From Acidimicrobiales bacterium (GTDB lineage Bacteria > Actinomycetota > Acidimicrobiia > Acidimicrobiales > CAIXPF01), in NCBI GenBank assembly GCA_046155365.1, contig JBJXFH010000102.1, positions 17,651 to 81,650 of the forward strand: 64,000 bases of DNA, read 5' to 3'. Shown in pieces: positions 25,615-34,709 of this stretch. The translations under genes were made by a program, and so were the position numbers. Below the pieces are notes generated by a model that was not told the DNA's origin, did no database searches, and was given only the letters and a program-made list of their open reading frames with translations. Within the stretch, counting starts at the first letter, position 1, and every line of letters starts with the position of its first letter.

Positions 25615-27795
25615 TCAGGCTCCGTCGGCGGGCGCCGGGCCCAGGTGGCAATAGGCCACCAGCGCAGGCGTGTTGCTCGCCGCAGCAGTGCCGGTCAGTG
25701 CCGTCACGGACGCCCCACCCGCGGTCATCACCGTGACCGGGATCGGGCCGCCACCGGTGGGGTCGGTCGGGATGGGGTTGGTTTCCTGCTCAGCCCAAAG
25801 GCCGGGGCCCACGTTGAGGCAGCCCTTGGGGGCACCGAGGTTCCACAGCCCTTCCCGGTCACCGGGGCCGTAACCGCTGTAGGGCAGGTCGTGCATCACC
25901 CCGTACATCGCTTCATCGGTGGAAGCGACATGGTTGAGACCGATCATGTGGCCCAACTCGTGCAGCAGCAAACCTTCGAGCCCGGTGCCCGACGTTCCCT
26001 GGCTGTAGCCCAAGGTCTCGTTGATGAGCACGAAACCGCTGGCCACGAAGGGATCCTGCCCGTTCCAGGGGGGGTAGTAGCTGCCACCGCCGAGGCCGGC
26101 TACGGCGCCGATACCGGGATACTCCGCCGGTGACACGAAGCTGATGACCGCCTTGGCATCAGCGGGTGGGGTGCCGTTGTTGCCCTCGGTGGTCTCACCC
26201 AACTCCACCAGGTCCAAGCCGGTGGCCGCTTCGACCTTGGCGACGGCCTTGTCCAACTCGCTCCGGGCGAAGCTGGGCGCGCCACTTAGGTTCACCCGAT
26301 AGGTGAGGGTGGCGCAGGGATTCCAGCGGGCGTACCCGCCGCCGCTGAGCTGGTACAGGAACGTGTGGGGCCCGGAGCTGGGCGGACCCGAGGTGCTCAG
26401 CGCCAGCGGTGCCGGTGCGGTTCCGGTGAAGTACCCCGCCACGTCTACGATGAGGTGCGCCCCCGAGGCGGTGTAGAACGAGAAGCCGGTGGTGGATACC
26501 GGTACCACCGCGTGGTTGGGCACGGTCTCCGCGGGCCCGTTGGCGTTGAGGTTGGACGCCAGCGGCTGGCCCAGGCCCCGTCCCCACAGCGTGAAGAAGC
26601 CGGGGCCGGTGGTTTCGGTGGCCGTGGCGTTCACCACCAACGCCGCCACCCCTGACGCCGGAACCGACAGACGGTTAGCGGGGTTGACCTCCACGATCCG
26701 GGCGGCGGTGGGTTTGGCACCCGCCAGCGGGGAGTTCTGCACCGTGCGGGTGTCCAGCAAGCGGCCGGGGCTCACCGGGACGAACAATCCGTCGGTGCCC
26801 ACTGTGGCGTCGGCGCCGGTGAAGGTGCCGCTCAGGTCCACGATCACGTGAGCCGCAATGGCGCTGTAGATCGTCACCCACCCGTCTGTCAGCGGCACGA
26901 TGACCTGGTTGGCGATCACCTGACCGGGTCGATCCACGTTGATCGAGGACACCGCCCCCAACGGCGCGCCCTTCGGCGTGATCGACAAGAAGCCCGCCGC
27001 TTGAGGTTGGTCCACGGTGAGGTTCAGGACCGCCGCCTGGGTGGTCCTGGGCAGGCCCATCATCCCGGCCACGTCGAGATCGAACTGTTCGTTGGCACCG
27101 AGCTGGCCGAAGCGGACCGATCCGGGGGCCCGGGTGTCCATTAGGCGCGTTGGGGCTGAGGCCACGAACCGGCCGGCGGTGGCATCCGCGGCAGGCAGGT
27201 AGTAGCCGGCCACGTCGGCCACCAGATGGGTTCGGCTCTCGGTGTAGATGGCGATCGCGCCGGCGCCGATGGGCACCGTGACCAGGTTGGCAACGGTTTG
27301 ACCGGCGCGGTTGATGTTGGCCGAACTGGCCTCGGGAAACGCACCACCGGCGGGCCACAACGTCACGAAACCGGGTGCTTCGGGCTCGGTGACGGTGAGG
27401 TTCATCACCAGGGCCGTGGCCTCGTTGGGGATGCCGGCCACGCCCGCCACCGGCAGCACGATCATGTCGCCGGCCTTGGGCTTGCCCCACACGCCGATCC
27501 CGTTCCGGCTATCGAGGATCCGGGCCGGGGCCAGGGGCACGAACTTGTTGGTGGCCACCACAGCCTGGCCCCGTACTCCCAACGGTGACGCCACGGGGGT
27601 GACCCCGCTGCCGTTGAGGGGCACCGGGAGGATCGTGCCGGTACGGGTTCCGGTCACGGCGGTGATCGGTGGCGTTGCGCCGAGACCGGGCGGCAGCACC
27701 GTGGCCGGGTTGGACACCACCGGTGACGCTGCTGTGGGGCCGAGCAGAGCGATGAGCAGCACTGCAGCCGCTGAGATGAGCTTCCGAGCTGACAC
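25615..27795 (-). CDS. secreted protein: three ~115-aa internal repeats + C-terminal M10 (matrixin-like) zinc metalloprotease domain
   Basis: ORF 25615-27795 with a signal peptide (LISAAAVLLIALLGPTAA). Three repeats begin FVPLAPARILDSRNG / RFVASAPTRLMDTRAPG / LFVPVSPGRLLDTRT, each ending ...HLVADVAGYY / HVIVDLSGTF / HLIVDVAGYF. The zinc motif is HELGHMIGLNH. Confidence 0.75.
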   Translation of the reverse strand: MSARKLISAAAVLLIALLGPTAASPVVSNPATVLPPGLGATPPITAVTGTRTGTILPVPLNGSGVTPVASPLGVRGQAVVATNKFVPLAPARILDSRNGIGVWGKPKAGDMIVLPVAGVAGIPNEATALVMNLTVTEPEAPGFVTLWPAGGAFPEASSANINRAGQTVANLVTVPIGAGAIAIYTESRTHLVADVAGYYLPAADATAGRFVASAPTRLMDTRAPGSVRFGQLGANEQFDLDVAGMMGLPRTTQAAVLNLTVDQPQAAGFLSITPKGAPLGAVSSINVDRPGQVIANQVIVPLTDGWVTIYSAIAAHVIVDLSGTFTGADATVGTDGLFVPVSPGRLLDTRTVQNSPLAGAKPTAARIVEVNPANRLSVPASGVAALVVNATATETTGPGFFTLWGRGLGQPLASNLNANGPAETVPNHAVVPVSTTGFSFYTASGAHLIVDVAGYFTGTAPAPLALSTSGPPSSGPHTFLYQLSGGGYARWNPCATLTYRVNLSGAPSFARSELDKAVAKVEAATGLDLVELGETTEGNNGTPPADAKAVISFVSPAEYPGIGAVAGLGGGSYYPPWNGQDPFVASGFVLINETLGYSQGTSGTGLEGLLLHELGHMIGLNHVASTDEAMYGVMHDLPYSGYGPGDREGLWNLGAPKGCLNVGPGLWAEQETNPIPTDPTGGGPIPVTVMTAGGASVTALTGTAAASNTPALVAYCHLGPAPADGA

Positions 27796-27970
27796 GTGGG
27801 TTGGGTCGACCCCGCAAGGCCGGCACCGAATGAGCCCATCGGCTCACAACCGTCCCCGGCCCGGCCCGGCGCGTCACGCGGGTCACGACCCGATCGGAGC
27901 CATCGCTTGGCGGCGCCGGTCGGGCTGGCCCTACGCTCCCGCCCGAGTCGAGCTATCGATAGGGGACAAG

Positions 27971-29380
27971 ATGCGAGGCATCATCGCCGCTGGGGGCTAC
28001 GTGCCCTACAACCGCTTGCAGCGGGCCAAGATCGGCCAGACCCTGGGCTCCGGTGGTGGCCGTGGCACCCGGGCCGTGGCTTCCTTTGACGAGGACACCA
28101 CCACCATGGGCGTGGCCGCCGGACGGGTGGCGTTAGCCAACGGTGGCGGCGTGGTCCCCAATGCCGTGTTCTTCGCCACCACCGAACCGGCGTACCTCGA
28201 CAAGAACAACGCCACCACTGTGGCCGCGGCGCTGGATCTGCCGGGCAACACCGGCGCCTTCGACATGACCGGATCAGCCCGATCCGGCATGGGCGCCTGG
28301 GTGGCTGCCGCCAATTACGGCTGGGGTTCGGCGCTGGTGGTCATGGCGGACATGCGCACCGGCCTGGCCGGGAGCGCCGATGAAGCCAATGCCGGTGACG
28401 GCGCCGCCGCCCTGCTGGTGGGCGAGGACAGCGCCGGTCCGGTCATCGCCGAGCTGATCGGTGGTGCCTTCCAAAGCGCGGAGTTCCTGGATCGCTGGCG
28501 TAGCCCGGGAAGCCCCGCGGCCAAGGTGTGGGAGGAGCGATTCGCCGAGCGGGCCTATGACCCCGTCATCAAGGCCGCCATGGCTGATGCCTACGCCATG
28601 TCCGGCATCAGCCCCGAGCAGGTCGACAAGGTGGTCATGACCGGTCTGGCGGCCCGGGCAGTGCGCAGCGCCGCCAAACACGTGGGGGTGGCCCCGGACC
28701 GTTTCGTGGACGGCATGGACGCCACCGTGGGCAACACCGGTGCCGCCCATTTCGGGTTGCTGCTGGTGGGGGCGCTGGAGACGGCCAAGCCCGGTGAGAT
28801 CATCGTGGTCATCAACGCCGCCGACGGATGCGACGTGATGCTGCTGCGGGTGACGGAGGCAATCACCGGCTACCAGGCCTCCCGCCCGGTAGCGACGCAG
28901 GTGGCCCAGGGCAACGACAACATCGACTACGCCAAGTTCCTCACCTGGAAGGGCATGTTGACCAGGGAGCCTCCGCGGCGGCCGGATCCGGACCGCCCCG
29001 GCGCCCCGCCCATGTTCCGGACCGAGAAGTGGAAGTACGCCTTCCACGGTTCCAAGGATCGCTCCACCGGCATGATCCATCTGCCGCCGCAACGGGTGTC
29101 GATTCGAGGTGGGGCGGTGGACGACATGGAAGATGTGGCACTGGCCGATGTACCCGGCACCATCACCACGTTCACGATTGACCGGCTGGCGTTCTCGATG
29201 TCCCCGCCGCTGGTGGCCGCGGTGGTGGACTTCGACGGGGGCGGTCGATACCCGTTGGAGATGACCGACATGGACCCCTCCGAGGTCAAGATCGGGATGC
29301 GGGTTGAGATGACGTTCCGCCGGCTCTACACCGCCGACGGGATCCACAACTACTTCTGGAAGGCCCGCCCAGTTCGCTGA
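27971..29380 (+). CDS. HMG-CoA synthase-like (thiolase-fold) domain fused to a DUF35-like OB-fold domain
   Basis: Inner part of ORF 27311-29380; ATG 27971 (MRGIIAAGGYVPYNRL). HMGCS-like motifs SFDEDTTTMGV and VGNTGAAH. The C-terminal ~125 aa (from ~29003) resemble DUF35 (LPPQRV..., ...TFTIDR..., IGMRVEMTF). The nucleophile Cys position reads FDMTGSARSG. Confidence 0.75.
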   Translation: MRGIIAAGGYVPYNRLQRAKIGQTLGSGGGRGTRAVASFDEDTTTMGVAAGRVALANGGGVVPNAVFFATTEPAYLDKNNATTVAAALDLPGNTGAFDMTGSARSGMGAWVAAANYGWGSALVVMADMRTGLAGSADEANAGDGAAALLVGEDSAGPVIAELIGGAFQSAEFLDRWRSPGSPAAKVWEERFAERAYDPVIKAAMADAYAMSGISPEQVDKVVMTGLAARAVRSAAKHVGVAPDRFVDGMDATVGNTGAAHFGLLLVGALETAKPGEIIVVINAADGCDVMLLRVTEAITGYQASRPVATQVAQGNDNIDYAKFLTWKGMLTREPPRRPDPDRPGAPPMFRTEKWKYAFHGSKDRSTGMIHLPPQRVSIRGGAVDDMEDVALADVPGTITTFTIDRLAFSMSPPLVAAVVDFDGGGRYPLEMTDMDPSEVKIGMRVEMTFRRLYTADGIHNYFWKARPVR

Positions 29381-29418
29381 GTGTGGTCAACCCCTCACGG
29401 AGTACCTTCCCGCTGATC

Positions 29419-29450
29419 GTAGGAGCGAATCTACGTCGATTCGCCCCTAC
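29419..29450. terminator. GC-rich hairpin between convergent genes (13-nt arms with one mismatch, 6-nt loop)
   Basis: gtaggagcgaatc-tacgtc-gattcgcccctac, read directly. It lies 39 nt after the stop at 29380 and 66 nt from the PIN gene stop. There is no U-tract, so it is only a candidate. Confidence 0.4.
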
Positions 29451-29515
29451 GGTCCGCCGGGGTATGCCCTGGTCAGAGGGCGTTTTGGGGGAGGATTCGC
29501 CGGAGCGGTGGTCGG

Positions 29516-29923
29516 TCAGATGCGCTCGACGAACACGCCGTCGGCGAACAGTGCCATGGCCTCCACGGTGGGACGGTTCGTCACCAGCACCGCCCCGCCG
29601 GGCTCGGCCATAGCCACCAGCAGAGCGTCGGTGCCGCTGCCACGCCCCACCGCCGCTCGCAGCCAGGCCGCTCGGCGGGCCAGGGTGAGCGGCACCTCTT
29701 CGCGCACGTCACAGCACCGCAGTAGCGCCTCCACCGCGGCGTCGGTGGCGCCGTCCCCGGTGAGGGCCTCGGTCACCACCACGGTGGGCACCATCGCCGG
29801 CCACAAACCCCGGGTCCGGAAGGTCCGCAGCAGCGCCAGCGCAGCCCAAGACGGCTCGGCCAGCTTTCGCAGCGCGCCGCTGTCGATGACCAGGCGCAGT
29901 GAGGTCAGCGGCGGCGCCGTCAC
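29516..29923 (-). CDS. PIN-domain toxin (VapC-like), type II toxin-antitoxin
   Basis: ORF 29516-29923 with a GTG start overlapping the upstream antitoxin stop by 4 nt (GTGA). N-terminal LVIDSGAL (acidic residue 1), TEALTGDG, and C-terminal VLVTNRPTVEAM, similar to the VapC T-x-N-x-x-D/E-F segment. About 135 aa. Confidence 0.6.
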   Translation of the reverse strand: MTAPPLTSLRLVIDSGALRKLAEPSWAALALLRTFRTRGLWPAMVPTVVVTEALTGDGATDAAVEALLRCCDVREEVPLTLARRAAWLRAAVGRGSGTDALLVAMAEPGGAVLVTNRPTVEAMALFADGVFVERI

Positions 29924-30213
29924 CGGGAGCGGGGCCCTTCGCCGGCACCGGCACCAGCGCCGCCGGTGGGCGAGGGGGGCCGACGGCGGGCTACCCGGCG
30001 GGCCACGATGTCCGCCCGTTCCCGCTCGGCGGCCGTGGCCGTGGCCGTCAGGGTGGACTCCAGCTCGGCGAGGTGGGCGTCGGTGGCTGCCAGCAGGTTC
30101 AACCGGCGGATCTCGGCCCGAACCGCGGCCTGCAGCAACTCCGACGCCGGCAACGCCCGCCGCTTGAGTTCCTCGTACAGCTCATCCGGTAAGTAGACCT
30201 GCACTCGGGGCAT
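29920..30213 (-). CDS. ribbon-helix-helix (CopG/ParD-like) antitoxin
   Basis: ORF 29920-30318, trimmed to MPRVQVYLPDELYEELKRRALPASELLQAAVRAEIRR (complement of 30211-30213), a typical RHH N-terminus. 97 aa, immediately upstream of and overlapping the PIN gene. Confidence 0.65.
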   Translation of the reverse strand: MPRVQVYLPDELYEELKRRALPASELLQAAVRAEIRRLNLLAATDAHLAELESTLTATATAAERERADIVARRVARRRPPSPTGGAGAGAGEGPRSR

Positions 30214-30320
30214 ACGCCTAACTGTACGCCTAGAGGGTGGTCGGGACGTCGTGGCGGCCGCTACGCTCCCAGGGCTTGGGTGAAACGGCCCACCGGGGCC
30301 CGGCAGAAGGAACCACACGC

Positions 30321-31511
30321 ATGAGCTCGAACGGCATCCGCGACAAGGTCGCCATCATCGGCATGGGGTGCACCCCCTTCGGTGAGCATTGGGACAAAGA
30401 CGTCGATGATCTGCTGATCGACGCCACCGAGGAAGCGTTCCGGACCTCTGGTATCCGCAAGGATCAGATCGACGCCTACTGGTTGGGCACCATGGGTTCC
30501 GGCGTGTCGGGCATGACCCTCAGCCGCCCGCTGAAGATCGACTACAAGCCCGTCACCCGCCTCGAGAACATGTGCGCCACCGGGTCCGAGGCTTTCCGCA
30601 ACGCCTGCTACGCCGTCGCTTCCGGTGCCTATGACATGGTCATGGCCGTCGGTGTGGAGAAGCTCAAGGACTCCGGGTTCTCCGGTCTGACCGGCTCCCG
30701 TCCCCCCGCTGACGGCACCGAGCCCTCCATCACCGCCCCCGCCACGTTCTCCCTGCTGGCCCCGGCCTATGGCCACAAGTACGGGGTCAACGAGGAGGAC
30801 ATGAAGGAGGTCATGACCCGCATCGCCTGGAAGAACCACAAGAACGGTGCGCTCAACCCCCGGGCCCAGTTCAAGAAGGAAGTCGGCAAGGACGTCATCT
30901 GCAACAGCCCGCTGGTGGCCGGTCCCCTCGGCATCTTCGACTGCTCCGGTGTGTCCGACGGTGCCGCCTGCGCCATCATCGTGCGGGCCGAGGACGCCCA
31001 CAAGTACACCGACAAGCCGCTGTACGTGAAGGCCCTGTCCTTCACCGCCGGCCCGGCGTTCGGTCCCATGGACCCCGAGTACGACTACACCACGTTCACC
31101 GAAGTGACCAAGTGTGCCGAGGACGCCTTCAGCCAGGCCGGCGTGGAGGACCCCCGGGCCCAGATCGCCATGGCCGAGGTGCACGACTGCTTCACCCCCA
31201 CCGAGCTGGTGCTGATGGAGGATCTGGGCTTCGCCGAGCGCGGCACCGCCTGGAAGGAAGTGCTTGCCGGCACCTATGACCTCGACGGTGAGCTGCCGGT
31301 CAACCCTGATGGCGGGCTGAAGTCCTTCGGTCACCCCATCGGCGCCTCCGGGCTGCGGATGCTGTTCGAGGTGTGGTTGCAGCTGCGCCACGAGGCCCCG
31401 CCGGAGCGCCAGATCAAGACCAACAAGACCCTCGGCCTGACCCACAACCTGGGTGGTCAGCCCGGCGCTTGTGTGAGCTTTATCTCCATCTGGGGAACCG
31501 AGCTCGGCTGA
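30321..31511 (+). CDS. thiolase-fold acetyl-CoA acetyltransferase / SCP-x (lipid-transfer-protein) type thiolase
   Basis: ORF 30237-31511, trimmed to ATG 30321 behind GAAGGA. Motifs VAIIGMGCTPFGE, the nucleophile segment ENMCATGSEAF, EVHDCFT, FGHPIGASG and HNLGG. Confidence 0.85.
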   Translation: MSSNGIRDKVAIIGMGCTPFGEHWDKDVDDLLIDATEEAFRTSGIRKDQIDAYWLGTMGSGVSGMTLSRPLKIDYKPVTRLENMCATGSEAFRNACYAVASGAYDMVMAVGVEKLKDSGFSGLTGSRPPADGTEPSITAPATFSLLAPAYGHKYGVNEEDMKEVMTRIAWKNHKNGALNPRAQFKKEVGKDVICNSPLVAGPLGIFDCSGVSDGAACAIIVRAEDAHKYTDKPLYVKALSFTAGPAFGPMDPEYDYTTFTEVTKCAEDAFSQAGVEDPRAQIAMAEVHDCFTPTELVLMEDLGFAERGTAWKEVLAGTYDLDGELPVNPDGGLKSFGHPIGASGLRMLFEVWLQLRHEAPPERQIKTNKTLGLTHNLGGQPGACVSFISIWGTELG

Positions 31512-31530
31512 TCGGTTAGAACCTGCGTCG

Positions 31531-31564
31531 CCGGCCCGATCTCCATCAACGGGGGTCGGGCCGG
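31531..31564. terminator. hairpin between convergent thiolase and dxs genes (perfect 9-bp arms ccggcccga/tcgggccgg)
   Basis: Read directly. The loop is 16 nt and there is no U-tract, so this is a weak candidate. Confidence 0.3.
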
Positions 31565-31604
31565 TTCGCGTCTCGGCGAGGTCGTGGCAGCGGGGTCAGC
31601 GGGG

Positions 31605-33497
31605 TCAGCTCACCAGGGTGCTGCTGGCGCTGCGTTCGCCGACGAGGGCTCCCAGATGGCGGCGAGCCCTGACCGTGGCCGCCACCCCCGCACCGTCCAG
31701 ACCCAGCTCGGCCAGGATCTGATCAGGCTTGCCCTGCGCCAGGAAGCGGTCCGGCACCCCCAGGATCACCACCGGCGGGGCCAGCATGCCGGCGGCGGCG
31801 GCGTGGGCGGCGATGGCGTCGGCCATGGCCGCGCCGGCACCGCCGTCACGCAACCCGTCCTCGATGGTGATCACCAGATCATGGGCGCAGGCGTCAGCGA
31901 TCATCGAGGGGTCGAGCGGCTTGACCAGGCGCACGTCCCACACGGTGGGTGTCACCCCTTCCGCCGCCAGCAGGTCCGCGGCGTCCAGGGCCGCGGCCAG
32001 CATCTTGCCCACCCCTAGCAGGCACACCTCGTGGCCGCGGCGAGCCTGGCGGGCGCGTCGTCCCACCCCCACCTCGTCCTCGCTCACGTTGCGGGCGGCG
32101 GTCTTGGGGAAGCGAATGGCGCTGGGCCCGTCCTCGTGCTCGAGGGCGTCATGGAGCATGACCTGCAGTTCCTGGTACGAGGAGGGGGCGTACACCGTCA
32201 TCCCCGGCACCTTGTTCAGCAGCACCATGTCCAGCACCCCGTGGTGGGAGGGCCCGTCATCACCCGTGATCCCGGCGCGGTCCAAGCAGAACACCACCGG
32301 TTGGCGGTGCAGCCCCACGTCCACGTTGACCTGATCAATGGCCCTGGTCAGGAACGTGGAATACAGCGCCACCACCGGTCGGAGGCCGCCCATGGCCATA
32401 CCGGCAGCGGCGGTGACGGCGTGCTGCTCGGCGATGCCGACATCGAAACAGCGGTCCGGGAAACGTTCGGCAAACGGCAACAACCCGGTGGAGTCCGCCA
32501 TGGCGGCGGTGATGGCCACCACCTCGGGCCGGGCCTCGGCCTGTTTGATGAGGGCGTCGGAGAACGCCGCGGTGTACGTGCCGGCCTTGAAGAAGGACAT
32601 GTCGTGCAGCTTCTTGATGGGGTCGTTCTCCGCGGGGGCGTAGCCGCGACCCTTCTCGGTCAGCACGTGGAGCAACACCGGCCCGTCGTTGTAGGCCCGA
32701 ACCTGGCGCATGGCGTGCTCCAGTTCAGCCAGGTCATGGCCGTCCACGGGCCCGGCGTAGCGCACACCCAGCTCTTCGAAGAACGTCCGCGGCTCCCACA
32801 GCTCCCGGATGGCGGCTTTGGTGGCGTCCCAACTGCGCTGCAGCAACTCACCGCCGGCCCCGAAGTTGCGGACCAGGTGTTTCATGCGGTTCTGCTGGCG
32901 TACCAGATCCGCAGACAGCCGCAGCTTGATCAGCCCCTCGGACAGCTTGGAGATGGTGGGGGCGTAGGAGCGGCCGTTGTCGTTGAGGATGATGATGACC
33001 CGGCGGCCGGAGTGGCCGAGGTTGTTGAGCCCCTCGAAGGCCATGCCACCGGTCAGCGATCCGTCCCCGACCACCGCCACCACCCGACGGTCGTGTTCCT
33101 GGCGAAGATCGAATGCCGTGGCCAGGCCGTGGGCGTATCCCAAGATGGTGGAGGCGTGGCTGTTTTCGACCCAGTCGTGCTCGGACTCCTCCCGGCTGGG
33201 GTAGCCGGACAGCCCGTCGGCCTGGCGGAGACGCTCGAAACCCTGGGCCCGGCCGGTCACGATTTTGTGCACGTACGCCTGGTGGCCGGTGTCCCACAGG
33301 ATGGGATCGTTCGGGGAGTCGAACACCCGGTGCAGCGCCAGGGTGAGCTCAACCACCCCCAGGTTGGAGCCCAGATGGCCGCCGTGGGTGTTGACCGCAT
33401 CCACGATGAAGGCCCTGATCTCGGTGGCCAGGGCCTCCAGTTCGGTGCGGTTGAGCGCCCGCAGATCGGCTGGGCTGGCCACGGCGTCGAGCAGCAT
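31605..33497 (-). CDS. dxs: 1-deoxy-D-xylulose-5-phosphate synthase
   Basis: ORF 31605-33497. Motifs GGHLGSNLGVVELTLALH, the ThDP motif VVAVVGDGSLTGGMAFEGLNN, DVGIAEQHAVT and ITGDDGPSHHG. Confidence 0.95.
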   Translation of the reverse strand: MLLDAVASPADLRALNRTELEALATEIRAFIVDAVNTHGGHLGSNLGVVELTLALHRVFDSPNDPILWDTGHQAYVHKIVTGRAQGFERLRQADGLSGYPSREESEHDWVENSHASTILGYAHGLATAFDLRQEHDRRVVAVVGDGSLTGGMAFEGLNNLGHSGRRVIIILNDNGRSYAPTISKLSEGLIKLRLSADLVRQQNRMKHLVRNFGAGGELLQRSWDATKAAIRELWEPRTFFEELGVRYAGPVDGHDLAELEHAMRQVRAYNDGPVLLHVLTEKGRGYAPAENDPIKKLHDMSFFKAGTYTAAFSDALIKQAEARPEVVAITAAMADSTGLLPFAERFPDRCFDVGIAEQHAVTAAAGMAMGGLRPVVALYSTFLTRAIDQVNVDVGLHRQPVVFCLDRAGITGDDGPSHHGVLDMVLLNKVPGMTVYAPSSYQELQVMLHDALEHEDGPSAIRFPKTAARNVSEDEVGVGRRARQARRGHEVCLLGVGKMLAAALDAADLLAAEGVTPTVWDVRLVKPLDPSMIADACAHDLVITIEDGLRDGGAGAAMADAIAAHAAAAGMLAPPVVILGVPDRFLAQGKPDQILAELGLDGAGVAATVRARRHLGALVGERSASSTLVS

Positions 33498-33737
33498 GGT
33501 GCCTTCTGTCCTCCGGTTTGAGCGGTCCGGCGCTGGCGGGATCGGGGCGGGTTGGCGGTGGGCTCCGGCGCGCTGAGTGCCTGATCAACCTAGCCACCAT
33601 GCGGCAGCGTGTCCGCCGTATCAGCGGTAAACAGCCCCGCTTACGCCACAAAACCACAGCTATCGAGGACCGGCGCGCATCCGGTGCAGCTTCGCCGAGC
33701 GCGCGAACGGAAGGGGAAGGGGTGAGCGGGGCCGCGA

Positions 33738-34664
33738 TCAGTGAGCCAGGGCCGCGGCGTCGTTATCCGGATCGGGATCGGGATTGCGACGGGGATCGGG
33801 GACGGCCGAGGCGGTGGCGGTGGCGGGCATGGCGCTGAGCGCACTTTTGCGGCGGAGCTGTTTGACCGCTTCGATCCGTCCGGCCACGGTGTGCCCCACG
33901 GCCAGCACCGCCGCGCCGCCGAGGGCATCGATCCAGTAGTGGTTGGCGGTTACCACGATGGTGAACACCGTGGCCGGCACGTACAGCAGGTACAGCCCCC
34001 GGCTCCAACGGGTGCGCAGCAGTGGGAAGGTGGCGCACAGGCACCACAGCGCCCATCCCACGTGCAGGCTGGGCATGGCGGCGTACTGGTTGGAGACGCT
34101 CTGCATGGTGTCGGAGTTGAACGACCACAATGCCGGATAGCGATCGAGGGTGTCCACGAACTGCCCAGCGTGCTCGGCGGCGCGCCCGCCGTAGGGCCCA
34201 CCCGCCGCCAGCAACCGGGGCGGCATGAGCGGGAACAGGCTGAACCCCACCAGCGCCAGGCCGGTGGTGGCCCCCAGGGCGTTGCGCCACCGGGGGTAAC
34301 GGTCAGGGTGGCGGCGGAACAGCCAGATGAACACCCCGGCGGTGACCACGAAATGCAGGCTGCCGTAGAACAGGTTCCAGATGCGCAGGAACCCGCCGCC
34401 CCATTCCAGGAAAAACTGTTGCAGGGCCGGCTCGAAGTAGCTGCCCAACAGACGTTCGGCCCGGATGACCCGTTCGGCGTTGTCCAGCGCGAGGTTGGGG
34501 CTGACGGCGTTGGACCCGAACAGGTTCCGGCTCATCGAATACAACCCGTAGAAGGCGCCGATGATGGCCACCTCCCGATACCAGCGCAGGCCCGAGCGGG
34601 CTTGGCGGGCGGTCGGCGAGGAGCGCCGGTTTTCCGGGGTGACGCGGTGCTCGATGTGCGCCAT
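33738..34664 (-). CDS. PAP2-superfamily membrane protein (Aur1/IPC-synthase-like PAP2_3 type)
   Basis: ORF 33738-34664, polytopic. PAP2 motifs AAMPSLHVGWAL and TANHYWIDALGG. Confidence 0.75.
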   Translation of the reverse strand: MAHIEHRVTPENRRSSPTARQARSGLRWYREVAIIGAFYGLYSMSRNLFGSNAVSPNLALDNAERVIRAERLLGSYFEPALQQFFLEWGGGFLRIWNLFYGSLHFVVTAGVFIWLFRRHPDRYPRWRNALGATTGLALVGFSLFPLMPPRLLAAGGPYGGRAAEHAGQFVDTLDRYPALWSFNSDTMQSVSNQYAAMPSLHVGWALWCLCATFPLLRTRWSRGLYLLYVPATVFTIVVTANHYWIDALGGAAVLAVGHTVAGRIEAVKQLRRKSALSAMPATATASAVPDPRRNPDPDPDNDAAALAH

Positions 34665-34709
34665 GGTCGCCCTCCCGGCGCCGAACGTGACTCTCCTACA
34701 GGCCGCTAC

